Source: Psilocybe cubensis
Taxonomy: Eukaryota
NCBI GenBank assembly: GCA_017499595.2
Contig: CM039002.1
Coordinates: 2,976,001-3,040,000, forward strand
DNA: 64,000 nt
Direction of reading: 5' to 3'
In this document: in pieces, positions 14,904 to 28,304 of the stretch
How positions within the stretch are numbered: position 1 is the first letter of the stretch
Layout of the letters: each line of letters begins with the position of its first letter
Notes under the pieces: generated by a model
Seen by the model: the letters and a program-made list of their open reading frames with translations, nothing else
Told to the model about the DNA's origin: nothing
Database searches by the model: none
Program-made: the position numbers and the translations under genes

Positions 14904-15706
14904 CAAAATTCGGCGAGAAATAAAACAAAATTGTAGGTTTGAAAGCAAAAGAAATCGTGTGTTGGGTTACTGACTGATCCGCCTTCTAAAAACAGTTCAT
15001 CCGATTTTCGAACGTCTTCAAAGAGTCAACGGCCAACCCTCTTTGTGTCGTGATATGATATCAATCGTTTCATATCCGAACAGCGAGTCATCCTCTGCTC
15101 ACAGAAAAAGAGAGAAGAATGTCAAGTGTTAAAGGTGTCAACTCTGCGCTCCAAGATTGGATGCTTTCCATCCTCCGTCAACAGCGCACGACACCGCCAA
15201 TGGACCAATGCACTTTCTTTACTGTTCGTTACCCGTTTGGTCGTTCATATATCACTCTTGTGGATTTCCTAGGCAATCGTGACGGTGTTGGAATGCAGGA
15301 ATTTTGTGGGATCCTCTTGCATGTTCAAGGACGTGTAATGTTTCTGATGACCTTCCCACACTCCAGTATCTACCCGCAACAGCTTGTATCAAACTCTGTA
15401 ATATTAAGTAGCGAAAGGATACCTTACTCTGATGGTTTTGTGTTTATAATCGTGTAAAAATTATTGTATAAATGGATCAGGGCAACGTTGTTTGATTGTT
15501 CAGGTCAATTTCAGCCATCAAAGTCATGGGTGGCACTGCGCGACTTTCTAACCGAAACTGCGAACACACTGGAACAATTCTTTCCTCCACATTCCCCACC
15601 TACGGTCTCCGCTGTCCCCAGAAGCGATATTTCCCACTTTTGCCAGACCTTGTGCTGTACAAAGGGTGTGACAGACATACATTCATAAATATATAGGAGA
15701 AAGGCG

Positions 15707-17544
15707 ATGGCGATGCCCACAACAGCCATGATTGGCATATCGCGATTTCATGCCATCGTCAGCGCACGACCTCTCCATGGGAATGGACCCCCAGTAATCC
15801 ACGAAGACACCTATCGTTCAGCATCATACGAGCCCTGGGGTAATGGGCGGCACCAAGTGAACGGCAAAAGGGCGAGAGAACCGGCGGATACAAGTGCTGG
15901 CCCCAGTACAACGAAAAAGGCGGCGAAGAAGGCGTCAGAGGACGACGCTGGCGCTCAGCGCGAGGTGAGCGTGCTTCCTTCTCTGTGTGCTTTTCCATTA
16001 GTTGGGTCTGACAATGTTTGATAAATTTGCGGTTGCTTTTCGAAACTGCAAGCCAACGACTCAGTATCGCGATCGGGATGGGCTGTTGGCCGCTCTGCGA
16101 GAGCGATTCCGCGCGGGGCCCAACGTCGATTTCCACGGTACATACGAGATGCAGGACACAGGAATGACACACAAAGAGCGTATACAGACAGTTGCTCATG
16201 AGATATGGAAGACGACCGGGTACCGCTTTACGTGCGTGTTTCCATGCATGCCATTTTTTTACGGAATTGTTAACGAAAGCACCAATTTTTCGGGTGCGTG
16301 CGCACAGTGTCAAAGACCACCCACAGTACACGAATGGGCACAAAACACGGTTTTGGTGTTCGCAGGACGAGGCACACCGCTCCAAGTCCTCCCGTGCGGC
16401 GCGCAAGGCGCAGGGGAGCTGCTACAAGCCGCGTGTGACGAGTGCGGGGGAGGCAATGGCGAAGGAGCGCTTCGCATGCCGTAGTCGCCTGCTCATCTCC
16501 TCCCGGGACACCCACCAACCGGGTACGCGAGTCATAACCATACGCATGCATCATCATATATCGCACGAGCCGTACATCGATGCAAGCATGTCCCAGGAAA
16601 CTATTCAACACATCTGGCGCACTTTCAGCTATGGTCATCAGCCAACACAGCAGCCACAGCATCAACAACAACCACATCAGCACCACCACCAGCAACATCA
16701 TCAGCATCACGCACAACCCGCTTCAACGTCTACGAGTAATATCAACCATAATAACAAAAACGAAAACGATGTAACTATGGACCAGGTGCCCCTGACCATG
16801 CCTATAGACGAAGAGGAGGAAGAGGAAGAGGAATCTTCGGTAGACGCAGATCGAGGGGCCCGAATGGACACTGGATATCATCGCCCATCAACAGACGATA
16901 CTCTTCGACACACAACGTTCGCTCCTACTAACCATGTACCGCAGTCCCAGCCCCAGCCACTTCAACAGTCACATACACATGCTCAAACGCAGGCGTTACC
17001 ACCACATCCTCAACCACTGGCGCTACCGCCTCGGCCTCATCCTCAAACACAGATACTACCGCCTCTTTCTCAGCCTCATCCCCAACATCAACCACAACCG
17101 CAACCACAACCACAATCCCGGCCGCAACCGCAACAACCTACCCTGCATCCGCCGTCAGAAGAGTACCACAGCAAGATGTTAGCGCACATAAAAAACCTTC
17201 GCGAGTTTTGTGAAGGACTCGAGTATCAGCTGCAGTTCAATGACTATCGGATGTTAGATGTACTCGAACGGGAAGGAGGGTCGTTTCTCGGACTTGTGGA
17301 GGACTGTCTTAGGAAAGAGGGTCGTTTGGTGTCGGTCGATCATCCGAGCATCTCCCAGCAGCAGCCTCAGCCCCTGCCCCAGCCTCAGCAACAACCACAA
17401 CCGCAACATCATCACCAAGCACCGTCGGCCACCAACCATTCTCTGCATAGTATTCGTATGGATATGAATGGCAGACACGCTGTACAAGGACGACAGACTT
17501 ATGATGGGAACCCTGGAATCAACCCGAGAGCGCTCAATTATTGA
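15707..17544 (+). CDS. Q/H/P-rich protein with putative WRKY-GCM1/FAR1-like Zn DNA-binding domain; 3 exons
   Basis: Two canonical introns join ORFs 15707, 16002 and 16192. Motif GYRFTVK...RFWCSQD...RFACRSRLLI...MHHHISH is followed by low-complexity Q/P tracts. Confidence 0.7.
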
Positions 17545-20500
17545 TATATTTTACTATTTTCACGAATCATCGTCCACTGAGTATTATGTAGTGGTCATAC
17601 TTGGACGCAACTAAACCTGGGTTGGGGTATCAAACGCTTGTATTAACTGTATGTGAGTTTTACCCTCCAACTTCATGCGAAAATTATCGTGTTCGTTATT
17701 TTCTAATGCCTCTATTCAACTAACAGGTTTATGCTACCGCTGTTATATTTCTGTAAATTAAAAAAATCATATATCGCACGCGAACAAAAGGGCAACTGAA
17801 ATACTTGTCCTATTCCAAGTTATCCGATTCAAACGATATATCACCGGCAATTCTCAGGATGTACCACAATTGACTCGCATCTAACTCAATTGTACGAACC
17901 CATTTCCTTCCTTGCGTCTCGGGTCTGTATGTCGTGCATATACCTGCTTTCTCCGAAGCCGTCCCAAATACACGCAGCGTTCATTGGCATTCTATTGTGT
18001 CGGCCATTTCCGCTTTCTTGCATCCCCCAATATCGTGGCCTTTCAGGTACAGATTTCAATGTGCGAGATGATCTATATCTAATATATACTACTGCAAAAT
18101 CGAGGGTGGTCATCGTTTGACATACATCACCCATTTACAATTTCCACGGAAGGCTTCATCTCTACCGATTCAATCCTCGTGGAGTTATGAAATTGTCTCC
18201 ATGCATCAACTCAACTCTGTTTTCATAGCGCAGAGCCATTGCAAGGCCACGGACAACTTGCATTTTGCAAAAGGCCTTATTGGAATTACCCACGTCAACC
18301 AAGGTTTTTAGCTCATGTGAAAAAAGAAACAGGCTTCTTTTGCGCTTCGACGTTCGATTTTCGATGTTTGGAGTTCGCGCGCGATTGTAGCCCCCAAACA
18401 TACACAGGTTTTAAGCACGCTTCGGACGTCGGACGGAGAGCTCGATATGACAGCAAGGATGTCGTATTTTTAGTTCTGTGGGGTTGCTTAACGGCCGAAA
18501 ATGACATATTCACTCATTGCCGTGATGATTGAAAGTCGAGATAAAAAGACCTCGTTACACGGATGTCGATATACATGATCATACATGTTCACCGCTGGGT
18601 TCACGAAGGTCGACTACTGCCTAACGCCGATCTGGACCTGAGAGAAAGAACGTTATTGGCTTGCCGAAGAGCAGCGAAGAGCTGATAGCATAAACAAGAA
18701 CGCGCAGTAAACGAAGGCGGCTGACCAGGAGTCGCATCTATCTTGTCGAAGCCATCAGGCAGATGCTCACGGTGTAATTGGGGTGAGGTTGGCGAGATGC
18801 CGTCAGATCAGAGCTCAGAAAGGTTTGCGCACTGCTCCGTGCCATTTGTGATACACACAGTGGAAACTAGGCAGGTTCAAATTGAAATCCTCCAAATCCC
18901 CAAACTGTTCCACCTCCATCTATCAGTTTCCGGTGATGACTATGTACATATAAAGCCGTGGTAACTGGATCGCGCGCGAAATGATGGATCAGGCCGTAGG
19001 GAGTAGGATTTATGACCTGCTGATAGAAGGATGCAAATCCAATGAAGGCACCCTCGACATCGTGGAATGGAGCAAGGATTGAAATAGTTAGAGACAACTC
19101 AGGAGCTTGAAATTTATTAAGCATGGTATGAAAATGTTATACAACAACGACGCCAGTGGGTAATAAGGCAGACCATTACACAGATCTTTCCCTGCTATGA
19201 AATTAACAGTACACATACTAACGGGATTTGGTTGCCCATGTTTATTTGCTGCCCACACGATTCGAAGAGAACAGCGCCCTGCCCGAACAACATGAGATTT
19301 GTCTCGTCATCCAACATAAGTAGAATTTCTCAAGACTAGGTCTGTAAAAAGAGCTTGTTTGAACAATGTTGACAAGTCTCCGTCAACAGGGTAAGGACCT
19401 AACGGGGACCTCTAAAAGCCCATATAGTGGAAGAAGCAATAGTTCACGTCTATGTCGGGACAAACACTTACGACATTGCTTCGAAAGACCCTATGGACCG
19501 ACAGCAGCCTTTAATATTAAAAGACGCCGTCTCTTAGAGCAGAAAACTCAAGTTGAGTTGACAATCAAAATCCATTTGTGGTGGATAAAGAAAAGGATAG
19601 TTCAAGTGGGTATAATGCGAAGAGCAACTTGTTCCAGTGAGTCCACGAATGTCAAAGAGTCGGATCATAAACAGGCGCCTATTACGGGTATATCCTTGGT
19701 CTTGGAGTCTCAAACTTGCGTACAGGAGCACGCCTCCTCTTTCAATGACAGTAGCCGAATTAGGTTCCGCGAGGCAGCATAACCTGTAAGTCCTCGTATC
19801 TCGCAAAACCCAGTATAGGGCGCACGCGATCAGAAATCATCGACGTTGTCCATTCCTCCATTCCCCTCGGCATAGGCTTCTTTCACATCATATGTCTCCT
19901 TTCTGGTGCTTCTAAAGCGCTTCAAGTAAGCAACCAAGATGCACAGGATGCCATTGAATGCTGACTGCTTGTGCCTTACCCCCTTTGTAGCAAGAAATAG
20001 TCCGATGATCTGCGTGGATTGATACATCAGCCGAAAGAACGGACAGCAATCCGAGGTCATTCGAATGAGCACAAATACTGAAAATACGCTTTTTTGTGAA
20101 TCATCGTCCTTTTGATATGGTTGGCATATGTTCATGATCATACGGCTTGTATTACTGCAGCGCTAAGACAGGTGAGGACGGTAGATCATTTGGAGCTGAA
20201 AGAATGACCAGTCTCTCCAGCATTTTGATTGGTCCAACGAGCAGAAAAGTCGTCACATGGTCCATAAAACATTAGTATGTCTCCTCGATCGAGACATCGT
20301 TCGTTTTGTGCTGTATCAGTTACCCAGTATGATGAACTAGTTGCATGTTGCAATTGTATTAGAAGGATAGCTCGTGTTATCGGCAACGCGAGGCTGGCCA
20401 ACGACAGCGGCTCTAGTGGCGCTTTCGAATCGGACGTCTTCTGTTTGAAAAGAGTGATCAGTGAGCCTGTACCATCACACATCACTGTTAGTTGCTCTAA

Positions 20501-20761
20501 CCTCCTCACAAGTTGACGCTTCGAAAACGCATCAGAGGGGGATATACATGCTCTTCAGGTTCAGAACCACTTGCTTCGCATTCATTTTGGAGAGTTGCGA
20601 GCGTTGCGGCCATAGATGGGTAATTCTACCCCAGAGGCATCCTTAATGTTCAACTCTAAGCCTTTCCTATCTTGAAGGCGATAGAGATACAGTATTCGAT
20701 TTCTTGTTTGCTATATTTAAGGGAGGTCAAGATACGATGATGAGTTCAGTCAGAACCAGCG

Positions 20762-22205
20762 ATGATTGTGTCGAGTTCCTTCTCTGTTTTAGCAGTGCTC
20801 ATCATAAACTTCTCCAAAGTGAATGGGCATCCTTACCAGCCTACGCCGACAACAGATTTACGCGAATTTAATGCACGTAAAGAGCTGGCTAATGCTCCAC
20901 CAAACTGTTTCCCTGCCATAGGATTTACCATGCCACAGTCTGTACCATCGTCCCTCACCAACTGGTGGTGCGACCATAGCACAGAATATGCATTCGTCGG
21001 CTTCAGTTATGAAGTCACTGCATGTGAGCCTGGCGATACTTCCAATGTAATTCAGCGCTTACTATTCATTAGGCCAAAGCTTGTCGACATTGACTAAAGA
21101 GTTCAAGGATATCAGAAATACATTCAATGGTCGGTACGTCCGGATTTACAGCGCTTGCGACAGGGAAGGATTCTAGTGCGTCAGCATTGAAGGATATGAT
21201 CCCTGTAAATCTGACGTGCTGCGCACAGTAACGATGTAATCAATGCTGCATGGAGCGCTGGCTTGGGCGTGCATGCCCTTATCTGGGTACGTTTCAATCA
21301 TCAACTTCTTCAACATAAAATAGGTCTAAAAGACCTTGAAAATGCAGTTTGGGTGGGACGATCCCAACATTTGGAAGACGCGTAGAGATGCTTTGTTGGG
21401 CATCCTACATTCAAATGCAAAGGCGAAGTATGTGGTCCGGGCACTGCAGTTTGGATCAGAGCCTCTGTACGACTATGCACTGGATGCAGGTACCCTTGCT
21501 GCGCAGGTGACGGCGGCGAAGGCAAATTTGTCAAGCCTGCACATTCCAGTAACAATTAGCGAGATGGCCTATGGATATCAAGAGGTAGCCTACCTAGAGT
21601 TTTCAAAAAATCTAGGCTCATAGAATTTCGCAGCGAGAACCTGACTCCCAGCAAGTAATGGATGCAATCGACATAATAGATGCGCACATGTTGCCATTTT
21701 TCTCCACAAAGGCATCGACTGGTAAGCACAATCCGCGCCTTCTGGTGGCATACACATTGATGAAACTCAGCGAGTGCATCCTGGCCGATTGTGACGACCG
21801 ATATCAATTGGTTTGTATCCAACGGCCAGAATAAAAAGATATACCTCAGCCAGGTACATTTACGCAGAGCCAACTGTGAAGCATACTGATAAATAGGCTC
21901 TAGAACGGTTGGCCTTCGACGACATACTCAGGAGTTGAGCCAAACAGTCCGTCAGCAGTTGCTAACGTCCAAAACGAAAAGGTTAGATTGACGTTTTGGT
22001 TGACAGTTTGAGTAAAATGCTCACATTTTTATCAAAGAACTACTTCGCTCTACTCGATTCGAAATGCTCATACTTTAAGAGCGTCGCTGGAGGTGGAATA
22101 GGTTGGTTCGCCCATATTTACTCCGACGATCAAGAGCCTGGATACGGGATATACGGAACAAATGGTGCATTGAAGTTCCCTTTTGCGCCGATAACGTCGT
22201 GTTAG
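20762..22205 (+). CDS. Secreted glycoside hydrolase, GH17-like (TIM barrel); multi-exon
   Basis: Signal peptide; RYVRIYSACD, AWSAGLGVHALIWFGWD, FGSEPLYD, PVTISE and SQ|NGWPS motifs. Confidence 0.8.
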
Positions 22206-22381
22206 AGCCCCTAAAGCATGAATCTCAGGGTTATATAAGGGTAGTCAAATGTATAAAGTGTATATTCCAAGATTTGTATGAAATCAAGACGCGATGGTGG
22301 TGGTTCGGTGTCAGAAAAGTATCTGATTATGATTTGGACTCCGCAAAGTTCAAACCCCTTTCTTCATCAACATCCACGACG

Positions 22382-23643
22382 ATGGCAACCGCTGCATCAT
22401 CCACAAGAGCCTTGAATGCTATTCTCCCTCAGATATCCACAGCTCCTTACGAGGCTCACCAAAAGGCTCGTACATTCGCCTCCCGATATGTCAAATCGAA
22501 TCAGTACGACACAGCGATCGATGTTCTCTTCCAAAGCGCAAGAGAACTGATCAAGGCAGGCCAACCGGGGAGTGGAACAGATCTCACGACATTCATGCTC
22601 GACGTTTATGAAACCAAAGCAGAGCCTGTGAACGACGAGAGTCGGGGTGAGTCGCATATATAGTTGCCATGCACGGCTGTCCTGATACCGGCCTAGGAAG
22701 GCTCACACAACTCATCGCTCTTACCGGTCCCGATGGCGGATGGAGGAAAACGATGATCGATAAATCTATCGCGTCAGTCTAGCCGAAATGCTAATCCTCT
22801 GCTCGCTGAATGACATCTAGATGGTCAGCTAAACACGGAACATGCCCCGCAGGAGACCCAGACCTGCAGCATTATGTTGGCGAATTGTTGTATAAAGGTA
22901 CGGCTCATCATCTCAAGACAGCCTATACTGACGCGAATGCTGCAGAGGGTTCATTTGAAGCTGCTGAAACCCACTTCCTCGCCTCGGGAAAGCGCGACAG
23001 TGCTCGCCTTTTGGCAGATATGTTTCTTCAATGGGCAGCAGAAACCAGTTCTTACGGCGTGTTTTCCGTTCGAGGGACTATACCGTGTGTAGATTCGCTC
23101 AATATCATGGCTTTTCTCATCGATGTCTGCTTTTAGATACCTTCAAAATGGGAATATCATGGCTGCGAAAACCTTCATCAAGCATTACACCTCTGGCCTT
23201 CCCGCGTCCATCCGGATAGAATCAGACGCAGTGATCAATGTAGGAGAGAAGGATGAAGTGATTATGATCAAGGATTCTCTCGTGAACTTTGCCCAGATGG
23301 CGGTCCTCACTTGCCAGCGTGCGCAAGGCGACCAGAACAAAGTCATGAGAGAAAGCTGGGTACGGCTTTGTGGGACATATCAGGGCAAGATCGGTCTTCT
23401 AGCAACACCCGAAATGCGAGCAGTGTGTGATTTTCTCTCTAGTGATATGCGTCAGTTTTCATTCTTTCCTTCTAGTCATTGAACGAAATTGCGACATTGT
23501 ACTTTGCCATTCCTCCACCACGCAGTCAGGCAGGTAATCCGTTCGGAGAGATGATGTCGTCTTTGTTTGGAGGGCCGTCTCAATCGCAACCCACAAGAAG
23601 GACGTTAACTCCTGCAAATACATCTTCGCCTGGTTTGGATTAG
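22382..23643 (+). CDS. GET4: Golgi-to-ER traffic protein 4 (GET4/DUF410); multi-exon
   Basis: YEAHQKARTFASRY, GQPGSGTDL, GDPDLQHYVG, LNEIATLYFAI and NPFGEMMSSLFGG motifs. Confidence 0.93.
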
Positions 23644-24599
23644 TTTAGTAGGTGGCTTTTGATAAGCACCTTTGATAATTGTTTCTGACATTACCTTTGC
23701 AGTTTTCAGTCGGTATAGTCGGTGATAGCTGTACAAGATTTGTCCACCAACATGATTTATTTTGAACCAAAATATTTCTGGAAATGCTATTGAGAAGTTC
23801 CCGACACAGTCTAATCTATTTTCTCCGCCTCTGGATAGCATCTACAGTTCAACCAACCTTTGAGGTAACACCTCACCCTGAAGTTCAGTACTTTTACCAA
23901 GATAGTTGTAAGTACTCGTTTTTTCATTGGATCGTGTGCTTATCTACGGGTCTAAATTAGAAGTTAAAGTATACGACGATTCTGGATCGTTCTACTCCAC
24001 ACATTCTGTTGCACAATTTGCCATTATTTCTCTGCGCATTCCACCTCAACCTAAATACGGGCCATTGTACTACTTGATATCAACTAACCCGATCAAGAAT
24101 CAAATGTTGACCCACTGCGTACTTGGATGCTCTATTATAATGCATGTGTTTCTTTTCAGAACAGTTTTGGATCGGCAGCACATGAAGCGGTATGACAACT
24201 GCATGGTCCTCTGCACACGGACGATAGGTCAATAATTCTACCCGGTCCCGAAATCACATTTCATTGGTTGGTATTCTCGCCCTAGTGCTGTCCTTCGCGG
24301 TTATGGATGATAAGATTTCAAGTATAGGAAGCCTGAAGCACGCTCCGCCGGTGAATATTTTTGTACCTGCAAATACACCTCGGGGGGCAAAGAGCTGTCC
24401 AATCTATTTCACGGTCTCCGTTACTGCCTTATCACTGTATGGATGCCATACGCAACTTCGTTTTAGACTTTTCAAGCGGGATAGGGGGGCCGAAGATACG
24501 AAAGACATTTCCTGGGAGCTTTCTTGCGTTTTAGCAATTTACGATAAAGTCCGTTTGTTTGTTTTTCCTGGGTGACGAGATCGATTCGACCTTATCGCT

Positions 24600-27011
24600 A
24601 TGTCAGTTCCTCCCGTAAACTTGGATGCGACTCTGGGGGCAGTATTCGTCGGGAACAGTGTATCTGCCATGTAAGGTCGTCTCCGTTGATGGGGCGCATC
24701 TGAAGTTTATTCTATCTGAACCAAATATGCATTAGGTTATTCGGAGTAACGACCTTCCAGACGTGTATATTCTTCAAGAGAAAGAGTCGAGATGGGAGAG
24801 CGTTCAAGCAGCTGGTACGGAGGGTTCTCTCGGTCAATATATGCGCTATTTATTGATCTTTTTCGCCTATACAGATCGCTCTGTTATGGTGATCTCAACA
24901 GTAGCATTGATGTGTTACATCTGCTTATGCGTCATCTAGGGTATTGGATATGCTGCACATGATATTCATGTCCCATGGCGTTTATCATTACCTGATAACA
25001 AGATTCGGAGACTTTACTGCGTTCGTGTCGCCTACCTGGTGAGTGTCATGTAGAACTATTTAACATATTATCCCAGCCAATCATCTTGACATTCGATAGG
25101 AGTTTACTTGTATGTTGCAGAAATGAGCACGGTGGCATGCACAACTTATCTAGACTTAATCGACATACAGAACCAGGTCATTATCACGGTAAATATGTCG
25201 CATTAATACGAAAACGTCCTCTTTGGAGTCAAACATTTTGTTAATCCAGTGCATAAACGATTTGATAGTCAGATGGTCAGTCTCTTGAGAGCTATCACGA
25301 AAACTTTACTCACGTCCGTTTGCTTTCCACAGCGTGTTCGCTCGCAGAATATGGTTTTGTTCGTTATTTAAATCGTTTTTCCAAGTGTTGTCCCGCTGAA
25401 AGTTTTCTCATGTCAGTAAGCAGAAGAAATAACTTTCTGCTATTCGCCATTGTACGCATCGTTTAAACCAACGTAATAATGCTAGGCCTAACACCCTTGT
25501 TGATAGGTTTCAACCTCATTATTCGTATTTGGTATGTGGCTATTTATGTCAACCACATGAAAACATTAACGGTGTAGAAAATGGGCTCAGCCATGGGCAT
25601 TGGTGAGAACCACAGCCATTGAAGGTTTCGCTCGTCTCACTTTCCACAGCATTCGTAGCAAGAGGGTGATTATCTTCAGGCACCCTACCGATACTACAAC
25701 CCAAATATAACCGATTTCACGTTTCCAGGTTCATTGATATGTCCTTCACCAAGCTCATTAACGAATCCGTAAAATTTATTAAGTCATTTCAGAGTGGACG
25801 GGCGTAGCGCTAAACGGAAATCGTTCTGTTTACATACACAGTGGCTTTTGTATACTGCACTTGGCGGTAGCGTCGTTGCAGACGGACTAATCACTACCTC
25901 GTTGTGTGTACTGCTCAATCGCAATCGCAGCGGTCTCAAAAAGTGAGCATGTGTCTGCTATACTGATTATCCTAATTCGATCAAGCATGATGCGACGCTC
26001 CTTTAAACAGCACAGACTCGTTGATCAATACCTTGATGATGTATAGCATCAATACGGGTGAGCCTTGACATTGTCTTGGGTTGTCAGTTTGCAACGCAGA
26101 GGGCTGACTACGAGGGGTCTATTTCAGGTCTACTCACTTCGTAAGCCTCTAGCTCCTACCTCATCCGTGTCCTCCCACAGCATTATACCCGCCCACGTTC
26201 TTCGATAACAACTGACAAAAATACTCTAAAAGGATCTGCGCAACCGCCTGCTTCGTGACGGTAAGTGCCAATTTTCCACACCTATCGTGTATATACCCCG
26301 AAGGCGGCCGAGTCCCCACGGATCGAAGAGTTCTTAATAATAATAAGAACGCCACAGTGAAACGGGGGATCGGGATGATCGAGTCGATGTCAATTTCTGA
26401 CTGTTTTTTGTCATCTTCTCAAATTCTCCACTCTTTCGTGCGGTTGTGCGTGCGTAACAGTTCGCGATTTGGCCACACCAATTCGTGTTCATGGGAATCT
26501 ACTTCGCTCTCGGAAAATGTGAGTAAGATTCAGAGAGACAGACTTAACGAGCTACAATTGCACACACTCATTCGTCGCTTTTTCCCCATCCGAACGCATC
26601 CTCCCATCCTCCCATCCCACCCGATCGCCTCTTCTTCTCGACGCTTCGAACATTTTCTTCTCACCATCGTGGACACCCGCTCCTGTTGGTGGTGTTTTAT
26701 TTAGTGTATCTCAACAGCCTCCTCGCAGTGCTGAACACCCGCGGAACTCTGCGGAAGCGCATCGCTGGAATGGTGTCCATACCACAATCGCCTTCATCCA
26801 TTGAACCGGTGACCATGAATTTTGCGGACCCTATGGGTACGAATTTTATTGCAGAACAAGAAACTTTGGCAGATGTCGCAAAACCGCATTCGGTATGTTT
26901 CCCAGTTGAACCCCTTCAACTATCAAGGGTACAGGTCTGTCTGACTGGTTTCATCAGTCCAAAATTGCATGGCATCATAACGCTACACACTACTGCATGG
27001 AATACATATGA
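24600..27011 (+). CDS. Multi-pass membrane protein with DUF6534-type domain; about 20 exons
   Basis: Spliced by eye: MSVPPVNLDATLGAVFVGNSVSAM|LFGVTTFQT...DGLITTSLCVLLNRNRSGLK|STDSLINTLMMYSINTG|LLTS|ICA...YFALGK|LYLNSLLAVLNTR. This pattern is typical of the expanded agaricomycete family. Confidence 0.85.
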
Positions 27012-27287
27012 AGTCCCGTCAGGTTTATATACATGATGTTATTTTATTGGACAATTGTAGTCACTCTCAAGACATTTATAATCATTGTTACATTAGGGTT
27101 ACAGGGTATAGATAGAATCATAGAAAACATGAGATGCAAGCGACAATGAGGGTAAAATTACGCAAGACCCGAAGAGACATGGAGTAGATCACAACAAATA
27201 TGTTTCGAGGAGTGGAGAGATACAGCTTACCTGAAAAGAGATAACAATGAGTATAATGTACGATGGATATGTTTTAAGTAGGGTGAG

Positions 27288-27370
27288 GGATCAGCAACAG
27301 GTAATTCAATCAAAGCCGAAGCTCAGAAACAGCTTCTAGTTGATATTTTTTTGAATAGGTTTCATCGGAC
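27288..27370 (-). ncRNA. Box C/D snoRNA targeting the LSU CAGCCTCTAGTTGATA region (snR62/U34-like)
   Basis: C box CCGATGA; TATCAACTAGA(A)GCTGTT antisense element, then CTGA, a GC-TTCG-GC hairpin, C'-like TTGATT and terminal CTGA. Target register is uncertain. Confidence 0.7.
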
Positions 27371-27514
27371 AAAGGGAAAGCGGATATGAAGACAAGAAAT
27401 ATTAAGACGCTTACCTGACTACTAAGATCTTCACGGATAACTACCAAAATCCAACGACGAGTGAAGACTGTGAAATTATGAATCAGTAAAGTGTTAATAA
27501 TCAATGATTCATGG

Positions 27515-27604
27515 AGGATCAGATGGGGTTGCCCGAAAAATTGAGCTGTGGCGGGCACTTTCGGCATGGAAGTACGAAGACCGTCGTGATAAAACATCAT
27601 TCGA
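27515..27604 (-). ncRNA. snR73: Box C/D snoRNA snR73/U35-like (LSU Cm2959 equivalent)
   Basis: C-like ATGATGT; TCACGACGGTCT is antisense to LSU AGACCGTCGTGA; terminal CTGA at 27519-27522; D' box is non-consensus. Confidence 0.78.
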
Positions 27605-27749
27605 AAAAGAAACGGATAAAATATTCACCATTTACGGCGTACGTCCCACCGCACAGAACTTTACATAACAATCCCGATGACCTTCATGAGAACCTGAACG
27701 AGAGGGTTTCATCAGTATACATGTTTCAACACAATAGGTATGAAGAAAA

Positions 27750-27843
27750 GAATCAGTATATTTTAAAAAATACAGCCATGGAATTGACATCAAAGCTGGT
27801 CCGAAAACCAGATCAGGCGGTAATTCCTTTGTATCATCACTTT
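27750..27843 (-). ncRNA. snR77: Box C/D snoRNA snR77-like (SSU Um578 equivalent)
   Basis: Perfect C box GTGATGA; GGAATTACCGC-CTGA is antisense to SSU GCGGTAATTCC, and D'+5 selects the U; internal CTGGT/ACCAG hairpin, C'-like TTGATG, terminal CTGA. Confidence 0.9.
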
Positions 27844-27979
27844 ATAATAATAACAAAATGCTTACCATGTGTATCGGACCATGGCGTAGAGGCGACAGGA
27901 TACTCGTGTCGAATGGTAGGTGAGCAGTAGTCTGTGAGAAAAAATCAGTAAGTGAAAAGGTCATCGAAATTTTTTTCAA

Positions 27980-28060
27980 AATCAGTATGGGTATGATAAA
28001 AGCATCGGGCCCTAAAGCGCTCATATACTCTAGTTTGAATGATTTGATATCATCGTGATA
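27980..28060 (-). ncRNA. snR78: Box C/D snoRNA snR78-like (LSU Um2421 equivalent)
   Basis: C box ACGATGA; TCAAACTAGAGT-at-ATGA (D') is antisense to LSU ACTCTAGTTTGA; terminal CTGA at 27982-27985. Confidence 0.82.
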
Positions 28061-28210
28061 GAGGAATAAAGTCATAACCATAAGAACGTAGTAACTTACC
28101 ATATTGCCCAGTACCACGAAACTAAAATCCTTCCCTCGACAAGCGATACATTGGCTAGAGGCCTAAGGGAGTGGATCATTAGTAAATTGTTTATGAAAAC
28201 ATACAGGAAA

Positions 28211-28304
28211 GCGGTCAGTGTAACTATGACAAAAAGAACACATCGTGTCGATGTCTAGGTATGACTATCGCACTCGATAAAGAATGGAAAATATCATCGC
28301 GCCG
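28211..28304 (-). ncRNA. Box C/D snoRNA, snR63/U46-like (LSU Am2256 equivalent)
   Basis: C box GCGATGA; GTCATAGTTAC-a-CTGA is antisense to LSU GTAACTATGAC, and the D+5 rule selects the second A; short terminal stem CGG/CCG. Confidence 0.8.

Noticed and set aside
17886-20650. Scattered short ORFs and splice-like signals
   Set aside because: Could not assemble a gene or recognise a family; possibly decayed sequence.
26300-26375. Hammerhead-like GAAGAG-hairpin-GAAAC in a DUF6534 intron
   Set aside because: The CUGANGA core is broken and GAAA does not directly follow stem II.
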